A stretch of DNA of 52,983 bases from Candidatus Sungiibacteriota bacterium (GTDB lineage Bacteria; Patescibacteriota; Minisyncoccia; Sungbacterales; HO2-52-23), in contig JACPMG010000011.1 in NCBI GenBank assembly GCA_016186095.1, positions 1-52,983 on the forward strand, read 5' to 3'. Shown one piece after another: positions 8,428 to 16,572 of this stretch (positions are counted from its first letter, which is position 1; each line of letters opens with the position of its first letter). A program made the position numbers and the translations under genes. The notes beneath the pieces were generated by a model. It worked only from the letters and a program-made list of their open reading frames with translations. It ran no database searches and was not told the origin of the DNA.

Positions 8428-9489
8428 TTAAAATTGTTTTAAAAATCTTAAATCCCCTGATCGCAGGAGCCGTAGATCCGGAATTTTGTATTTCAGAATT
8501 GCAATGCGATCCACCCCAATATCCCAGGCAATCCCCTGCCAGTTTTTTGGATTATAGCCCGCGGCTTTGAAAATATTAGGGTGTACTACTCCTCCCGGGA
8601 ATACTTCAATCCAGCCGGATTGTTTGCAAACCGAGCATCCGCTTTGGCGGCAGTAAAGGCACTCTATGTCCATTTCCACCCCCGGCTCGACAAAAGGGAA
8701 ATATCCCGCGCGCAAACGCGTTTTGATTTTCGGCCCGAAGAGCCTTCTTAGAACCGTCTCCATTATCCCCTTGAGGTCGGCAAGAGACACCTTCTTATCA
8801 ACCATAAGCCCGTCCATCTGGGTAAACTGCGTCTCGTGCGAGGCATCGGTGGCTTCGCGGCGAAATACCGTGCCGGGCATGATAATTCTGAAGGGCGGGT
8901 TATTTTTTTCCATATACCTCACTTGATTTTGGGTAACCTGCGTGCTCATAAGAAGCCGGCTGGTTACGACGCGCCCTTGTTTTTTAAGAGTTACCGGCGG
9001 TAGCTTCAGCCACCAGGTATCCTGCATTTCGCGCGCGGGGTGCGTTGCGGGCATATTTAGTGAATCGAAGTTGTAATATTCAAGTTCAAGTTCCGGCCCC
9101 TCCACGACCTCAAATCCCATGGAATAAAAAATCGCTTCAATCTCGCGTTTGATTTTAGTGATGGGGTGAAGATGTCCTCGCGCCTGCTTTACTCCGGGCC
9201 GCGTGATATCCAGCCATTCGTTTCGTAAGACAGATTCCCGCGAAATACTTTTAAGCTCTTTTAGCCGTTTTGCCAGGAGATTTTCGATAGCGGTCCGCAG
9301 ATAGTTGGCTTCCTGTCCGATTAGTCGTCGCCGCTCTTCCGGAAGGTCCTTGAGTGCACGAAGGATCAATGTTAACGCCCCCTTTCTGCCCATATACTGC
9401 AGGCGGATTTTTTCGAGTTCCTCGGCGGTGGAGGACTTTTTTATCTCGTTAGCAGAGGATTTGCGAATTTTTGCAAGAGTGGAATTCAC
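8428..9489 (-). CDS. pheS: Phenylalanine--tRNA ligase alpha subunit with a divergent active site
   Basis: GHLHP, NFDSLN..HPAREMQDT, motif 2 FRRE..DASH, YFPFVEP, CxxC-G-CxxC-K-GWIE, DLRFLKQF C-terminus. Confidence 0.95.
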   Translation of the reverse strand: MNSTLAKIRKSSANEIKKSSTAEELEKIRLQYMGRKGALTLILRALKDLPEERRRLIGQEANYLRTAIENLLAKRLKELKSISRESVLRNEWLDITRPGVKQARGHLHPITKIKREIEAIFYSMGFEVVEGPELELEYYNFDSLNMPATHPAREMQDTWWLKLPPVTLKKQGRVVTSRLLMSTQVTQNQVRYMEKNNPPFRIIMPGTVFRREATDASHETQFTQMDGLMVDKKVSLADLKGIMETVLRRLFGPKIKTRLRAGYFPFVEPGVEMDIECLYCRQSGCSVCKQSGWIEVFPGGVVHPNIFKAAGYNPKNWQGIAWDIGVDRIAILKYKIPDLRLLRSGDLRFLKQF

Positions 9490-9597
9490 AAAGTTCAGTG
9501 TAGCAGGAAATCATCGTCCAGACAAATCGGATATAAGCGGTTGTCTCGCCAACCCCTGAATTGTTATAGTATATTTAAGACCGCATGGGAGGCCGAA

Positions 9598-9738
9598 ATG
9601 CCGCGGAAAAGAAAAATTCTCCTCTGGATCATCGCGGCCCTGATAGTTTTTGCTTTGTCGTTCCCGCTGTCGGCATTTTTTCAAACCGTATGGCAGGAAT
9701 TGGTCGGTCAGCCGCAGGAGACGCTGATGTTCTATTAG
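9598..9738 (+). CDS. Small single-TM membrane protein (46 aa)
   Basis: GGAGG SD before ATG 9598; MPRKRK followed by a hydrophobic helix; hairpin downstream. Confidence 0.55.
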   Translation: MPRKRKILLWIIAALIVFALSFPLSAFFQTVWQELVGQPQETLMFY

Positions 9739-9786
9739 ACGATTTTCCGTCCAAATAAAGAGCCTGCTCACTCGAGCAAGCTCGTT

Positions 9787-9924
9787 TTATATTATTCGGA
9801 TGTTGATAGCCCTTAGGCCTTTTTCTCTTTGAATCACGTCCAACGCCGCTTTTAAGGCTCGGCGGTTTAATATTTCCGTATCGGGAAGACACCCGTTTTC
9901 CCGACCCCTTTCCTCGGTTCTCAT
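9787..9924 (-). CDS. Possible 45-aa small ORF (MRTEERGRENG...)
   Basis: Manual translation; fills the gap downstream of the tRNA cluster; no motif recognised. Confidence 0.25.
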   Translation of the reverse strand: MRTEERGRENGCLPDTEILNRRALKAALDVIQREKGLRAINIRII

Positions 9925-9932
9925 CCGGTCTT

Positions 9933-9969
9933 AATAAAAATCTGGCATTAAATGATGCCAGATTTTATT
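9933..9969. terminator. Intrinsic terminator after the tRNA cluster
   Basis: aaaatctggcat-taaatg-atgccagatttt stem with A/T tracts on both sides. Confidence 0.65.
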
Positions 9970-9973
9970 GGAG

Positions 9974-10049
9974 CGCGGGCGACCGGATTCGAACCGGCGA
10001 TCTTCTGATTGACAATCAGACGCTTTAAACCAGGCTAAGCTACGCCCGC
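9974..10049 (-). tRNA. tRNA-Asp(GTC)
   Basis: Acceptor GCGGGCG/CGCCCGC, anticodon arm TCTGA-TTGTCAA-TCAGA, GGTTCGAATCC, discriminator G; CCA does not directly follow. Confidence 0.93.
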
Positions 10050-10197
10050 ATTATTTATTTTTTCTTTTTCACACGCCTGAAAAATTCAATTTGTCGCAAT
10101 CGGTTCCTAGCCTCTTTCAAAGTTTTATACGTTCCGAACGATCTTTCGGCGGCTTCGGAAAGTACGATATATTTTCCTTTTATTCTTTTGATCATAT

Positions 10198-10270
10198 TGC
10201 CGGTGATAGGAATTGAACCTATGACCTAACGCTTATGAAGCGCTCGCTCTTACCACTGAGCTACACCGGC
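10198..10270 (-). tRNA. tRNA with CAT anticodon (probably elongator Met; Ile2 not excluded)
   Basis: GCCGGTG/CACCGGC acceptor, AGCGC-TTCATAA-GCGTT anticodon arm, GGTTCAATTCC; no encoded CCA. Confidence 0.9.
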
Positions 10271-10283
10271 ACCTATAAAAATA

Positions 10284-10354
10284 TCGCGGGGCCGGGAATT
10301 GCACCCGGGTCTCGAGGTTATGAGCCTCGCGAGGTACTTCTCCTCAACCCCGCA
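10284..10354 (-). tRNA. tRNA-Met(CAT), initiator-like and non-canonical
   Basis: TGCGGGG/CCCCGCG acceptor (weak 1:72 pair), A11-T24, CGAGG-CTCATAA-CCTCG anticodon arm, T-loop TGCAATT. Confidence 0.85.
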
Positions 10355-10420
10355 TAAAGATTATAAGCTAAAAATAAAGATTTGGCAATAATTGATTCGG
10401 GCCCCCGCGACCACAAGTAT

Positions 10421-10456
10421 AACTCAAAACCGCTCCGAGTGGAGCGGTTTTGAGTT
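10421..10456. terminator. Intrinsic terminator
   Basis: aactcaaaaccgctcc-gagt-ggagcggttttgagtt, a perfect 16-bp stem at the stop of the 10455-11024 gene. Confidence 0.7.
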
Positions 10457-11024
10457 ATACTTTTTCTTCAAACATTCCCAAATCCCTCAACGCCTGATCA
10501 TAAGAGCGGAGCGCGTGTATTATGGTTTCGCGCGTATGCTGCTCCAGCGGGTCGTGGGCGATCATATTGCGCAGGCGGTGCTGTTTCAATATGTCGTCCA
10601 GAAGCGCGTCGGCGCGAAGCACGGCCATGTTCCAATCGGATGGATTTTGCGAATTGGCCAGATCCCGTATATGTCCCCATTGTCTCTGCGCTTCTTCTTC
10701 CGGCGGGGCCGGCAGCTCTTCTTTGAGGCCACCCGTAGATTGAATGATTTCCGTCAATCTGGAGTAGCGGCGGATGGTGAACACTATAAAGACTAGAAGC
10801 CCAGCATTAATTACGGAAAAAATTATGGTGAGCCAGAAATTAATCCCCTGCCAATTTTTTGAATAGAACCATTCAAGCAGCCGTTGATACCAGTCCAGAA
10901 CCTCGCGTATATATAATCCGAGAAAAGATAGCGCTACAAGAAGCGCTATGATCGCGACGGTCATATCAGCGGTGATGGTAGACAACTTTTGATCCGATTT
11001 TTTATCCGATCCTTCTTCGGCCAT
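10455..11024 (-). CDS. Membrane protein of a type common in CPR genomes (2 TM plus helical domain), possibly with an in-frame internal deletion
   Basis: Two hydrophobic segments; W..AVLRADALLDDILK and HRLRNMIAH motifs are adjacent here. Confidence 0.75.
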   Translation of the reverse strand: MAEEGSDKKSDQKLSTITADMTVAIIALLVALSFLGLYIREVLDWYQRLLEWFYSKNWQGINFWLTIIFSVINAGLLVFIVFTIRRYSRLTEIIQSTGGLKEELPAPPEEEAQRQWGHIRDLANSQNPSDWNMAVLRADALLDDILKQHRLRNMIAHDPLEQHTRETIIHALRSYDQALRDLGMFEEKV

Positions 11025-11026
11025 AT

Positions 11027-12499
11027 TTATGGGGTTAGTATTTTTTCTATTGCGCCGGCAATTTTCAGCAGTTTATTTTCGGAAAACCACGTTCCTATTA
11101 TCTGCAATCCCACGGGCAGACGCACCCCTTTTTCTTCCACGGTTCCGGCCGGAAGCGAGAGAGCGGGAACGCCGGCAAGATTAATTGCCACCGTATAAAT
11201 ATCTTCCAGATACATTTGCACGGGATCATTTATCTTCGCTCCGATCTTAAAAGCGAGGCCGGGAGCGGTAGGCCCGACAATGATGTCTACTTTATCGAAT
11301 GCCCTTCTGAAGTCTTCTCGCACAAGATGCCGCACCTTCTGCGCTTTTAGGTAGTATGATTCATAGTAGCCGGCCGAGAGCGTATAGGTTCCCAGCATGA
11401 TGCGCCTTTTCACTTCCGGGCCCAGGGCCTCTTGGCGCGATAGCGCGTAAGTATTATATAAAGAATCGGCTTGGTGCCGGTATCCGTATCGTATTCCATC
11501 GTATCGAGCAAGATTAGCGGATATCTCCGAAGGGGCTATTATATAGTAGGCAGGCAAGGCGTAGGGCATGTTGGGCAGGCTTATATCAATAAGTTCAGCG
11601 CCGGCCTGTTCCATTTTTTCCAGGGCCGACCTTACTACTTTTTCTACTTTTATATCCAGCTCTTTTATAAAATATTCTTTTGGTACGCCAACTTTGATTT
11701 TCTTTAAAAAATTATAGTTGGCGCTGGCAGCCGGCAACTGGTTACTGTTATCTGACGCGACAGCGGTTGCATCAAACGCGTCTTTTCCTTTTATAGCATT
11801 AAAGAGGAGTGCCGCGTCCTCCGCCGATCTGGCGATAGGGCCTATCTGGTCAAGAGAGGAAGCCATGGCGATAAGTCCGTGACGGCTGACCGCGCCATAG
11901 GTGGGTTTGAGGCCCACGACTCCGCAAAATGCCGACGGCTGTCGTATTGATCCTCCGGTATCGGAGCCTAATGCCGCAAGGCATAGGTTTGCGGCGACAG
12001 CCGCGGCTGATCCCCCGGAAGATCCTCCGGGAACCCGTGTATGGTCATGCGGATTTTTAGTCGGGCCAAAGGCGGAATTTTCCGTGGAAACGCCCATGGC
12101 AAATTCGTCCAGGTTCGTTTTCCCCAGAAAGATTGCTCCGTGATTTTTCAGTTTTCGGATTACGGTGGCGTCATAGGCGGCTGTATAGTTTTCAAGGATC
12201 TTGGAGCCGGCCGTACATCGCCTGCCCTCAATTAAGATATTGTCTTTGATCGCCAGGGGAATTCCGAAAAGCGAGGGTAGGCCGTTTGACATTTCGACAC
12301 TTTGATATTTCGAGCCGAGCATCTCATCGGCTTTTTGCGCCGCATCCGCGGCGTCCTCAAAAATATCAAGGTACGCATGGAGATTTTTATTTTCTCTTTT
12401 TATCGCGTCGAGACAATCCTCTACCAGTTCTGTTACGGAGAATTCTTTTTGGTGGAGTCCCGCGGAGGCCTGTTTAATTGTGAGTTCGTTTAGTCTCAT
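11027..12499 (-). CDS. gatA: Glu/Asp-tRNA amidotransferase subunit A
   Basis: Amidase signature GGSSGGS...GSDTGGSIRQP, KTNLDEFAMG, SANLARYDG. Confidence 0.97.
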   Translation of the reverse strand: MRLNELTIKQASAGLHQKEFSVTELVEDCLDAIKRENKNLHAYLDIFEDAADAAQKADEMLGSKYQSVEMSNGLPSLFGIPLAIKDNILIEGRRCTAGSKILENYTAAYDATVIRKLKNHGAIFLGKTNLDEFAMGVSTENSAFGPTKNPHDHTRVPGGSSGGSAAAVAANLCLAALGSDTGGSIRQPSAFCGVVGLKPTYGAVSRHGLIAMASSLDQIGPIARSAEDAALLFNAIKGKDAFDATAVASDNSNQLPAASANYNFLKKIKVGVPKEYFIKELDIKVEKVVRSALEKMEQAGAELIDISLPNMPYALPAYYIIAPSEISANLARYDGIRYGYRHQADSLYNTYALSRQEALGPEVKRRIMLGTYTLSAGYYESYYLKAQKVRHLVREDFRRAFDKVDIIVGPTAPGLAFKIGAKINDPVQMYLEDIYTVAINLAGVPALSLPAGTVEEKGVRLPVGLQIIGTWFSENKLLKIAGAIEKILTP

Positions 12500-12552
12500 T
12501 TTTTCTGCTAATTGCGGATATTCGTAATTAGGAAGGTCCGCAATTAATATGG

Positions 12553-12849
12553 CTAGTCAAATACCGCCTTTACTTTTGTCCATCCGCCTTTTTTATCCGG
12601 AAATGATCCGATAAGTTCTGCGGACTTACCCTCCAGGTCCTGGGAGGTTTGCTCGTCCGGGCGCATTACATTTTCTAACACTGTTCCTCCGGTCGTAGGC
12701 TCCACCTCGCCTGTCTCAACCTCATTAAGTTTTTCTACAAATTCTAAAATAGCCGAGAGTTCTTTCTCAAATTTTTGTTTCTCCGCGTCGGTAAGCTCGA
12801 TACGGGCTAGCTGCGAGATATGTTCTACTTCTTTTCCGGTGATGGTCAT
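12553..12849 (-). CDS. gatC: Glu/Asp-tRNA amidotransferase subunit C
   Basis: EVEHISQLARIEL...IL.FVEKLNEV..NVMRPD; directly upstream of gatA. Confidence 0.93.
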   Translation of the reverse strand: MTITGKEVEHISQLARIELTDAEKQKFEKELSAILEFVEKLNEVETGEVEPTTGGTVLENVMRPDEQTSQDLEGKSAELIGSFPDKKGGWTKVKAVFD

Positions 12850-14636
12850 TTTTTTTGGGCTTTATACATTTTTTTTATTTCTTCCACGGTGGTCGCATCT
12901 TCCGGATTTTTGTCGTCGCGAAAACGGACTAGTCTTGGGAAGCGCAGCGAATAACCGCGCGTGTTACTGCCGTGTCTGCCGGCCGTGTGGCGGGGGGAGA
13001 GCGTTATTTCATCGGCAAGTATTTCAACTACTAGCGCTGGCCGCGCCCATATATCCGGTGCGATTTCTTTGTCCGCCACGTAACTTTTTGGCATCTCCGG
13101 GGCTTTAAGTTTTTCCACCCTTTTATTCGCCTCTCGGAATTGTTCGTCTGAAAGACCGGTTCCCAGGCGGGATACGGTATAATATTTGTCTTCCGGGCCG
13201 CGTATGCCAAGGAGAAGTCCGCCGACGCCAAACCCCGCCCTTTTACCTCTGCCCCTATAGCCACCCATGATAACACAATCAATCGTATCAAGCAGTTGAT
13301 TTTTGCCGCGCGCTTGTCCGGAGCGCAATTTTTCTAGAGCGGCGGTGGTGGCCTTTAGTTTTATCCAGTGAAACCCGCGGCTGCCCGCTTGATACGGCGC
13401 TTCCAAATTTTTCACCACCAGCCCTTCCAGTCCGGCCTCTACGCTTTTTCCAAGCTCTTTTTCTATAAGTGCGGGGCTTGCGGTCTCTGTCTGCCGGGCG
13501 AGCATAAGCGCGCCGATGCCCTGAACTGGTATGACTTTTTCCAAAATTGCTCTGCGTTTTCTGAAGGGTAAGTTCAGGAGCGATCGGCCATTGAGGTGCA
13601 ATATGTCAAACACGAAGATATGCAGGGGTATTTTTTTGGCGAATTCCTCTATCTCATATTTTCGCTTGCGTTGTACCGTTTCTTGAAAGGCGGCGAATTT
13701 TCCGGTTTTGGCATTATATCCGATAGTTTCTCCGTCCAGGATTATGTTATCCGTTTTTAGTTTCCTGGCCGAAGCCGTAATCTCCGGAAACATGAGCGTT
13801 GTATTTTCCAGATTTCTTGAAAATAGGGCTATGCGTTTTTGGCCCCCTTCTTTCCAGGCATGAAGCTGGGTGCGGAATCCGTCTAATTTTTTCTCCACCC
13901 CCACGAGCGGCCCGGCTTTTTTGATGGTTTCTACCGCTCCGGGCAGTCTTTCCGCCAGGGAGGGTCTGACCGGTACTCCGGGGTTGGTCTCGATTTTTTT
14001 AAGCATTGCCAGCCCTCCCATTTTTATCTTTTTGGTTATTGCTCCTATGTCGGCGGTGACGTTGTATGCTCGCTCGATAAGCGGACGGGCCGATTTATCC
14101 CCTTTATTGGCCACGGACAGGGCGTCAAGAATTGTGGCCTCGGAGAATCCCAGGCGCATTTTGCCCAGGGGCATGCGAACCACGAATTTCACTGATCGCG
14201 CGTCAAGATTTGATAGAAGTTCTGCCATCTTTTTAATCTTCCGCTCCTGGCTTCCTTCGCCCGATTCCGCGGCGATTTCAAGGAGAGCGTCGTATAAATA
14301 ATTTACGCTGAAATTTTTTGCTTTTTTATTTTTTTGCTGTTGGGCTAGTTCATGCGCCACATTACCTAAATCACCCGCGGATTTATATTTCTTGGTTATA
14401 TAGGCCGGACTCTGGTCAAAGGCTAAAGCCAGCGCTTGGGTCATTATTTTCTCGGCAATGTTAAACTCCAATCCTTTATAGGCGGGCAGAAGTTCTCCCA
14501 GGAGCAGATAAGAGATTTTATCAATCTCTTCTCGGCTTGCCCTTTGGAAAATACTAGCCAGTATTTCCGTCATGGCGTTTCTTGAGGATGTATTTTCCAG
14601 CTTTTCTAAATAAACCGATAGATCGGAGAATTTCAT
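12846..14636 (-). CDS. ATP-dependent DNA ligase (DBD-NTase-OB, archaeal/eukaryotic-type architecture)
   Basis: Adenylation motif EKKLDG, ILDGE, FVFDIL, EGLVVK, WIKLK, SLRFPR..RDDK. Confidence 0.93.
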   Translation of the reverse strand: MKFSDLSVYLEKLENTSSRNAMTEILASIFQRASREEIDKISYLLLGELLPAYKGLEFNIAEKIMTQALALAFDQSPAYITKKYKSAGDLGNVAHELAQQQKNKKAKNFSVNYLYDALLEIAAESGEGSQERKIKKMAELLSNLDARSVKFVVRMPLGKMRLGFSEATILDALSVANKGDKSARPLIERAYNVTADIGAITKKIKMGGLAMLKKIETNPGVPVRPSLAERLPGAVETIKKAGPLVGVEKKLDGFRTQLHAWKEGGQKRIALFSRNLENTTLMFPEITASARKLKTDNIILDGETIGYNAKTGKFAAFQETVQRKRKYEIEEFAKKIPLHIFVFDILHLNGRSLLNLPFRKRRAILEKVIPVQGIGALMLARQTETASPALIEKELGKSVEAGLEGLVVKNLEAPYQAGSRGFHWIKLKATTAALEKLRSGQARGKNQLLDTIDCVIMGGYRGRGKRAGFGVGGLLLGIRGPEDKYYTVSRLGTGLSDEQFREANKRVEKLKAPEMPKSYVADKEIAPDIWARPALVVEILADEITLSPRHTAGRHGSNTRGYSLRFPRLVRFRDDKNPEDATTVEEIKKMYKAQKK

Positions 14637-14639
14637 GCC

Positions 14640-14862
14640 AATATCCGCCCAAATTTTGGAGTTACGCGTAAACGCGGAACGAACAAAATTTGGTTGCGGG
14701 ATTGAGCACCCCCCACTTACTCTTGTGCACGTTGTTCATCGGCGCTAAAACGGAAAATCCTTTTGCGGGCCTGCTCTGTACGTACATCTTGCACAAAAGT
14801 AAGTGGGGGGTAAAGGTTTTCTAGCTAAATTTTCTGCGTCCTTCGGACTTGAAAATTTAGAG
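14640..14862. repeat. Three consecutive inverted-repeat elements between the pilin cluster and the ligase
   Basis: ccaaatttt/aaaatttgg; 22-bp IR at 14708-14729 and 14790-14811 (one mismatch); ctaaattttc/gaaaatttag. Confidence 0.75.
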
Positions 14863-14870
14863 AAGGCCCC

Positions 14871-15329
14871 TTAATAATTAACTTGAAAGCCGCGTTTTAC
14901 CACCCTTAGGGGGTTGGTCCCGCAGCGGTATTGCCCCGAAGTTATAATCTCGGTATTTCCTCCGGTCTTGGATACGCGGATCGTGTAGCAAGCGCCGGAT
15001 TCGGTATCAAATGTTTGCGCCGGGAAACAATTGATCCCGGGAGTGGGACAGATTTCCCCGGTTATCCTGTCGCGAAAAAGCATCTTTTCAATCCCCTGAT
15101 CGGCGGCGTAAAAAGCTACGAACGAATCGGCTATTTCGCCGGATATTTTTATCTGTCCGAGGACAACATTAAAAATTCCTATGGATATAGAAAAAAGCAC
15201 AGATAGAATAACCACCACTAGAAGGAGGGTAATGCCCCGTTCCCCGGAAGATAAGGGGTAAAAGATAAAGGATAAAAACCTTCCTTTTTCATTTTTGTCT
15301 TTTGTCTTTTGTCTTTTGTCTTGAATCAT
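14871..15329 (-). CDS. Minor pilin, PilX/GspK-like (no Glu5)
   Basis: RG|ITLLLVVVILSV..., AFYAADQGIE and ITSGQY motifs; leader built from 7-mer repeats. Confidence 0.85.
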   Translation of the reverse strand: MIQDKRQKTKDKNEKGRFLSFIFYPLSSGERGITLLLVVVILSVLFSISIGIFNVVLGQIKISGEIADSFVAFYAADQGIEKMLFRDRITGEICPTPGINCFPAQTFDTESGACYTIRVSKTGGNTEIITSGQYRCGTNPLRVVKRGFQVNY

Positions 15330-15886
15330 AAATCTCTTAATCTCTGTGTTATCGTGGTCTGCATATCCAGGCTGGACTCAAGCAAGTATTTTGCGCTTCG
15401 GGAGCGTACCTTCAGGGCAAGGGTTGCTCTTGGCTGTCCATCGGCCGGTCCGGGCGCCTCTCCGCGCAGCGTAAAGGAAAGACGGTCGACCAGGACTTCC
15501 TCCGAGGTAAGAGGGGCTACTTTTTCCGGATTGGCGCAATCCGCGCTGGTAATATTTTGGACTGACCTCATTATAATTTTGTTGTCGGTATCCAGAAAGT
15601 AAGTGCGCGGCTCTCCCAGGGAGGTGGTAAAACTGATTTCCGATCCGGGAGGGGAGCACTTAACAGTTAACTGATAATTCGATCCGGTTCTCATCTCCTT
15701 AGTAATAAGTTCAAGCGAAAAACGGATGTTGTCTTGAATAGCTTGGATGTTAGCCGCTTTTATCTGGGCGTTGGAGACGCCAAGCATTATGCCTATGGCC
15801 GAGACGACCAGTACCGAAAAAAGACCGGTAGAAATTATCATCTCCAGCAGCGTAAAGCCGTAGTTAAATTTTTGCGTTTTTCGCAT
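15326..15886 (-). CDS. Minor type IV pilin
   Basis: G|FTLLEMII cleavage/methylation motif; LELITKEMRTG. Confidence 0.9.
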   Translation of the reverse strand: MRKTQKFNYGFTLLEMIISTGLFSVLVVSAIGIMLGVSNAQIKAANIQAIQDNIRFSLELITKEMRTGSNYQLTVKCSPPGSEISFTTSLGEPRTYFLDTDNKIIMRSVQNITSADCANPEKVAPLTSEEVLVDRLSFTLRGEAPGPADGQPRATLALKVRSRSAKYLLESSLDMQTTITQRLRDL

Positions 15887-15945
15887 ATGTCTTCTGACCG
15901 TTTTGTGCCGTGATCCCGGCCCGGAAATCCGCCCCGCGTGTTAGG

Positions 15946-16572
15946 TTAGCGCCAATTATAAAAACGTTCGCGCAGGCTCATATTTTTCATTGCGCCCCGT
16001 TCGTCCCAGGTGACGGTTGAGACTACATCCATTTGATCTTCAGCCGGGATGCCGGCATCTGGCGAATCGGGCGGGACTTTTATCGTCACACAGCGGCTGA
16101 AAATCGTCTCCTGGCTTCCGGTGTAGCCGTAGAGGCCAGTGGCAGAGTCAAAGCGCAATTTTTCTCCGCAGGAAGTTGAGAGGATGGGCATTATGATACT
16201 AGCCCCGTTTATCCCGCCGCAGTCCATGGCGATTGTTCTGTCCGTGGAAATACCCGCAGTGGCGTTTACGAACTTGTGGTCGGTCGGAGGGTAAGGCGGC
16301 TCCGGATCGGAATTCCACGGCCACGATCCCGGTCCGTTGAGGATGTCACAGGCAATATTGTTGTCGCGTACCGCGCGCACCAGCTCAATTCCCTCTTGGG
16401 CAAGATTAGCTGCTGTGATTTTGTTTTTAGCAAAAGAAAAATCAAAAATACCCCTGGTTATTAGCGCAACGGGTCCGACGAGTGCTGCCAAGATAACTGC
16501 GAGCGCTACTATGGTTTCGAGCAGAGTAAATCCCAGCTGGCTTGGCCGATGGAATTTTGGGTAAGGGGTCAT
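15946..16572 (-). CDS. Minor type IV pilin, PilV-like
   Basis: G|FTLLETIVA; LAQEGIELVRAVRDN; C-terminal YNWR. Confidence 0.9.
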   Translation of the reverse strand: MTPYPKFHRPSQLGFTLLETIVALAVILAALVGPVALITRGIFDFSFAKNKITAANLAQEGIELVRAVRDNNIACDILNGPGSWPWNSDPEPPYPPTDHKFVNATAGISTDRTIAMDCGGINGASIIMPILSTSCGEKLRFDSATGLYGYTGSQETIFSRCVTIKVPPDSPDAGIPAEDQMDVVSTVTWDERGAMKNMSLRERFYNWR

